A stretch of DNA of 11,196 nucleotides, taken from NCBI GenBank assembly GCA_965263355.1, contig CBDHHL010000020.1, positions 1 through 11,196 on the forward strand, read 5' to 3'. A model generated the notes under the pieces. That model saw nothing but the letters and a program-made list of their open reading frames with translations. It was not told the DNA's origin and ran no database searches. Source of the stretch: Leptolyngbyaceae cyanobacterium (lineage in GTDB: Bacteria > Cyanobacteriota > Cyanobacteriia > Phormidesmidales > Phormidesmidaceae). Numbering within the stretch: position 1 is the stretch's first letter; each line of letters starts with the position of its first letter. Both the position numbers and the translations under genes were made by a program. This document shows, piece by piece, positions 9,476 through 11,196 of this stretch.

Positions 9476-9786
9476 ACATGTTGCAGAGGGCGTATAATAT
9501 GGAGCGAGAAAAATATGACGGCTTGGCCCTGCTCGTCCGTCACACCAAAGACGGGATAGATGAGTTGGCTATTACTGTAGAGGGCGTATAACATTACTGT
9601 AGAGGGCGTATAATAAGAGCGATACAAACATGACGGCTTGGCCGTGCTGGTCCCGGCACACCAAAGACGGGACAGATGAGTTGTCTATGTGTAGGGCGTA
9701 TAAGAGCGAGCTATAAAGACATGACGGTTTGGCCGTGCTCGTTCAGGCATTACAAGGACGATGTAGTGCCCTATACTGCAACATGT
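9476..9786. repeat. Three diverged 90-115-bp tandem units bracketed by an 11-bp inverted repeat
   Basis: AGGGCGTATAA..GAGCGA..ATGACGG(C/T)TTGGCC.TGCT.GT units start at about 9485, 9601 and 9693. An internal 22-bp duplication lies at 9571-9613. ACATGTTGCAG (9476-9486) is the reverse complement of CTGCAACATGT (9776-9786). Confidence 0.85.
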
Positions 9787-10102
9787 GTCACGCCCTGCAT
9801 CCGATTCGTCGACGAATGTCGCATTTCTTGACGCCCCAGGCTCGAGATCGTTCGTAAGTAAGCATGATACGTATCATTATAGTCTAGTCAGTCTCGTCAA
9901 GTCAGAAGTCAGTTGGTTGCCTTGCAACACTGTCCGCCTGGGACGTGTGCGACCTAGGAGAGTGGAGAAATGATGCGTTGTGTGAGGGGCGACAAAAAAG
10001 CTTTCACAGGGTACTTGGCGGGCGTATAACTAGATTACACGCTATTACCTCACTGGATGCAGGGCGGTCAGGGCAAGTAGTAATGCGTAGGCGTCAAGGA
10101 CG

Positions 10103-10729
10103 CTAGACTGTAGGAGTTGCCGAAGTTAAAACGCCTGCCGGGCGGTCTAATTCTTGTAGACGAAGTAAAGGGGGAGAGAGAATATGTTTCAAGACCGCCC
10201 GTCTCAACAGGTACAAAATTGCCCAAGCCAACAAAGGACCGGCCCAGCCGTCCAAGTCGCCATAGATAAAACTTATAAACGAAGAATTGCAGCTGTAGAC
10301 TGAAGAATTATCAATAAAAGCAAGAGAATTGTATCGCAGAAGACAAAGGGTTACGGCTGTACAGGTTAATAAGGTACTCTTCTTAGAATTCTCTTCTCTC
10401 TCTCTCCCCCCCCCCCCCCCCCAAAGGAAAGGGGGCTGTGACAGCAACCATGAGCAATTTTCGCGTGGGGAACAGGCAAAGGGGATCCAAACGGAGGCCC
10501 CCTGAACGACCCCGCCCCAAGGTTGCGAGCCTTGAGGAAGGAGAGAACAGGGAACACACACGAAAGGACCAAGCCGAACCCCACAGGGAAAAAGCTCATC
10601 GAGGCTAAGGATGAGGATGGTCGCCACCATCAACACCCCAAAGCGCCTCTCGTAACCCTTACTGAAGAAACGAAGCACACAGTGTCGTAGATAAAACAAG
10701 ACCAAACAACAAAGGTAAACTTACACCAT
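10103..10729 (-). CDS. Possible spliced orphan ORF of about 187 aa (ATG GT at 10729-10725, intron 10724-10662, exon 10661-10103)
   Basis: A strong donor (GTAAGT, 10724) and acceptor (TTTCTTCAG, 10662) splice ATG-GT in frame onto the 200-aa ORF of the track (MVKGYERRFGVLMVATILILSL...). The call is weakened because the frame crosses a G17 run and a GA microsatellite and matches no family I recognise. Confidence 0.2.
10395..10422. repeat. (TC)n tract followed by a C17 homopolymer
   Basis: TCTCTCTCTCT followed by a C run at 10406-10422. Confidence 0.9.
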
Positions 10730-10878
10730 TAACACAAGGATTTATGTATGAAAAGGGGTGAGGACACCCATATCTAGGTATCGAAACTGTCGGATTGACT
10801 GCATGGCGTAAGAAAGTTTTTGACTCACCATAAGGAAGGCTGGAGAGCTGCGCACATGCGGCAGAGACGAGTGTAAGC

Positions 10879-11062
10879 CTTCAACTGAAATATTCTGCTT
10901 CATCACAACACTTTATAGACTTGCTTTGATACCTTAATAATGAATAGAACTAGATATGGCTCTGAAAAGAACATAACGTTTAGCACATGGATGGAGTCGT
11001 AAAATACACACAAAACACATATAATGAATAAAAACACAAGGTAAAGAATGTGTGTAAACTGT
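10879..11062 (-). repeat. Right inverted repeat (184 bp)
   Basis: Exact reverse complement of 2490-2673. Confidence 0.97.
10883..10917 (-). promoter_or_regulatory. Candidate Pol II core promoter (TATA + Inr) in the right repeat, facing inward
   Basis: Mirror copy of the left promoter: TATAAAG at 10917-10911 and Inr A+1 at 10886. It is followed 58 nt downstream by a consensus donor ATG|GTGAGT (10828). Confidence 0.6.
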
Positions 11063-11196
11063 CAATCTCATTCATATGCGATTACCCATAAAACTTTAGC
11101 ATGTAATTGAATTGTCTGCAATGAATGAACATAGTGTCAGGGTTTCAAGCAAAGTATTGTATTTGTTACGCATAACATTTGCGAATCCGAATCAAT

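Larger units (their letters stand above)
2490..11062. mobile_element. 8.57-kb element bounded by perfect 184-bp inverted repeats; superfamily unassigned, apparently non-autonomous
   Basis: 2490-2673 is the exact reverse complement of 10879-11062 (checked base by base, 184/184). Complementarity stops abruptly on both sides. No canonical TSD and no recognisable transposase motif in the frames I could read. Confidence 0.75.

Noticed and set aside
2490..11062. Assignment to Polinton, DIRS, MULE, CACTA or Transib
   Set aside because: No matching TSD, symmetric CAC terminus, internal complementary region or diagnostic protein motif was found.

Overview
Eukaryotic (probably invertebrate animal; inferred from short GT-AG introns and hAT-type MITEs), repeat-dominated window with no recognisable protein family. 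It is dominated by an 8,573-bp segment (2490-11062) bounded by a 184-bp inverted repeat that is identical base for base at both ends. There is no convincing target-site duplication and no recognisable transposase, RT, integrase or polymerase ORF. The inner end of each repeat carries a TATA box and initiator at canonical -31 spacing, pointing inward, which suggests convergent transcription. Inside are a 30-bp hairpin, a 2x181-bp GC-rich array of mini-hairpins, several local tandem repeats, a nested hAT-like fragment and many minus-strand splice signals that allow small spliced orphan ORFs. Outside are a hAT-type MITE (1-837), an (AT)n microsatellite and a higher-order minisatellite followed by Helitron-like 3' hairpins. 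Most ORFs in the supplied track look spurious.
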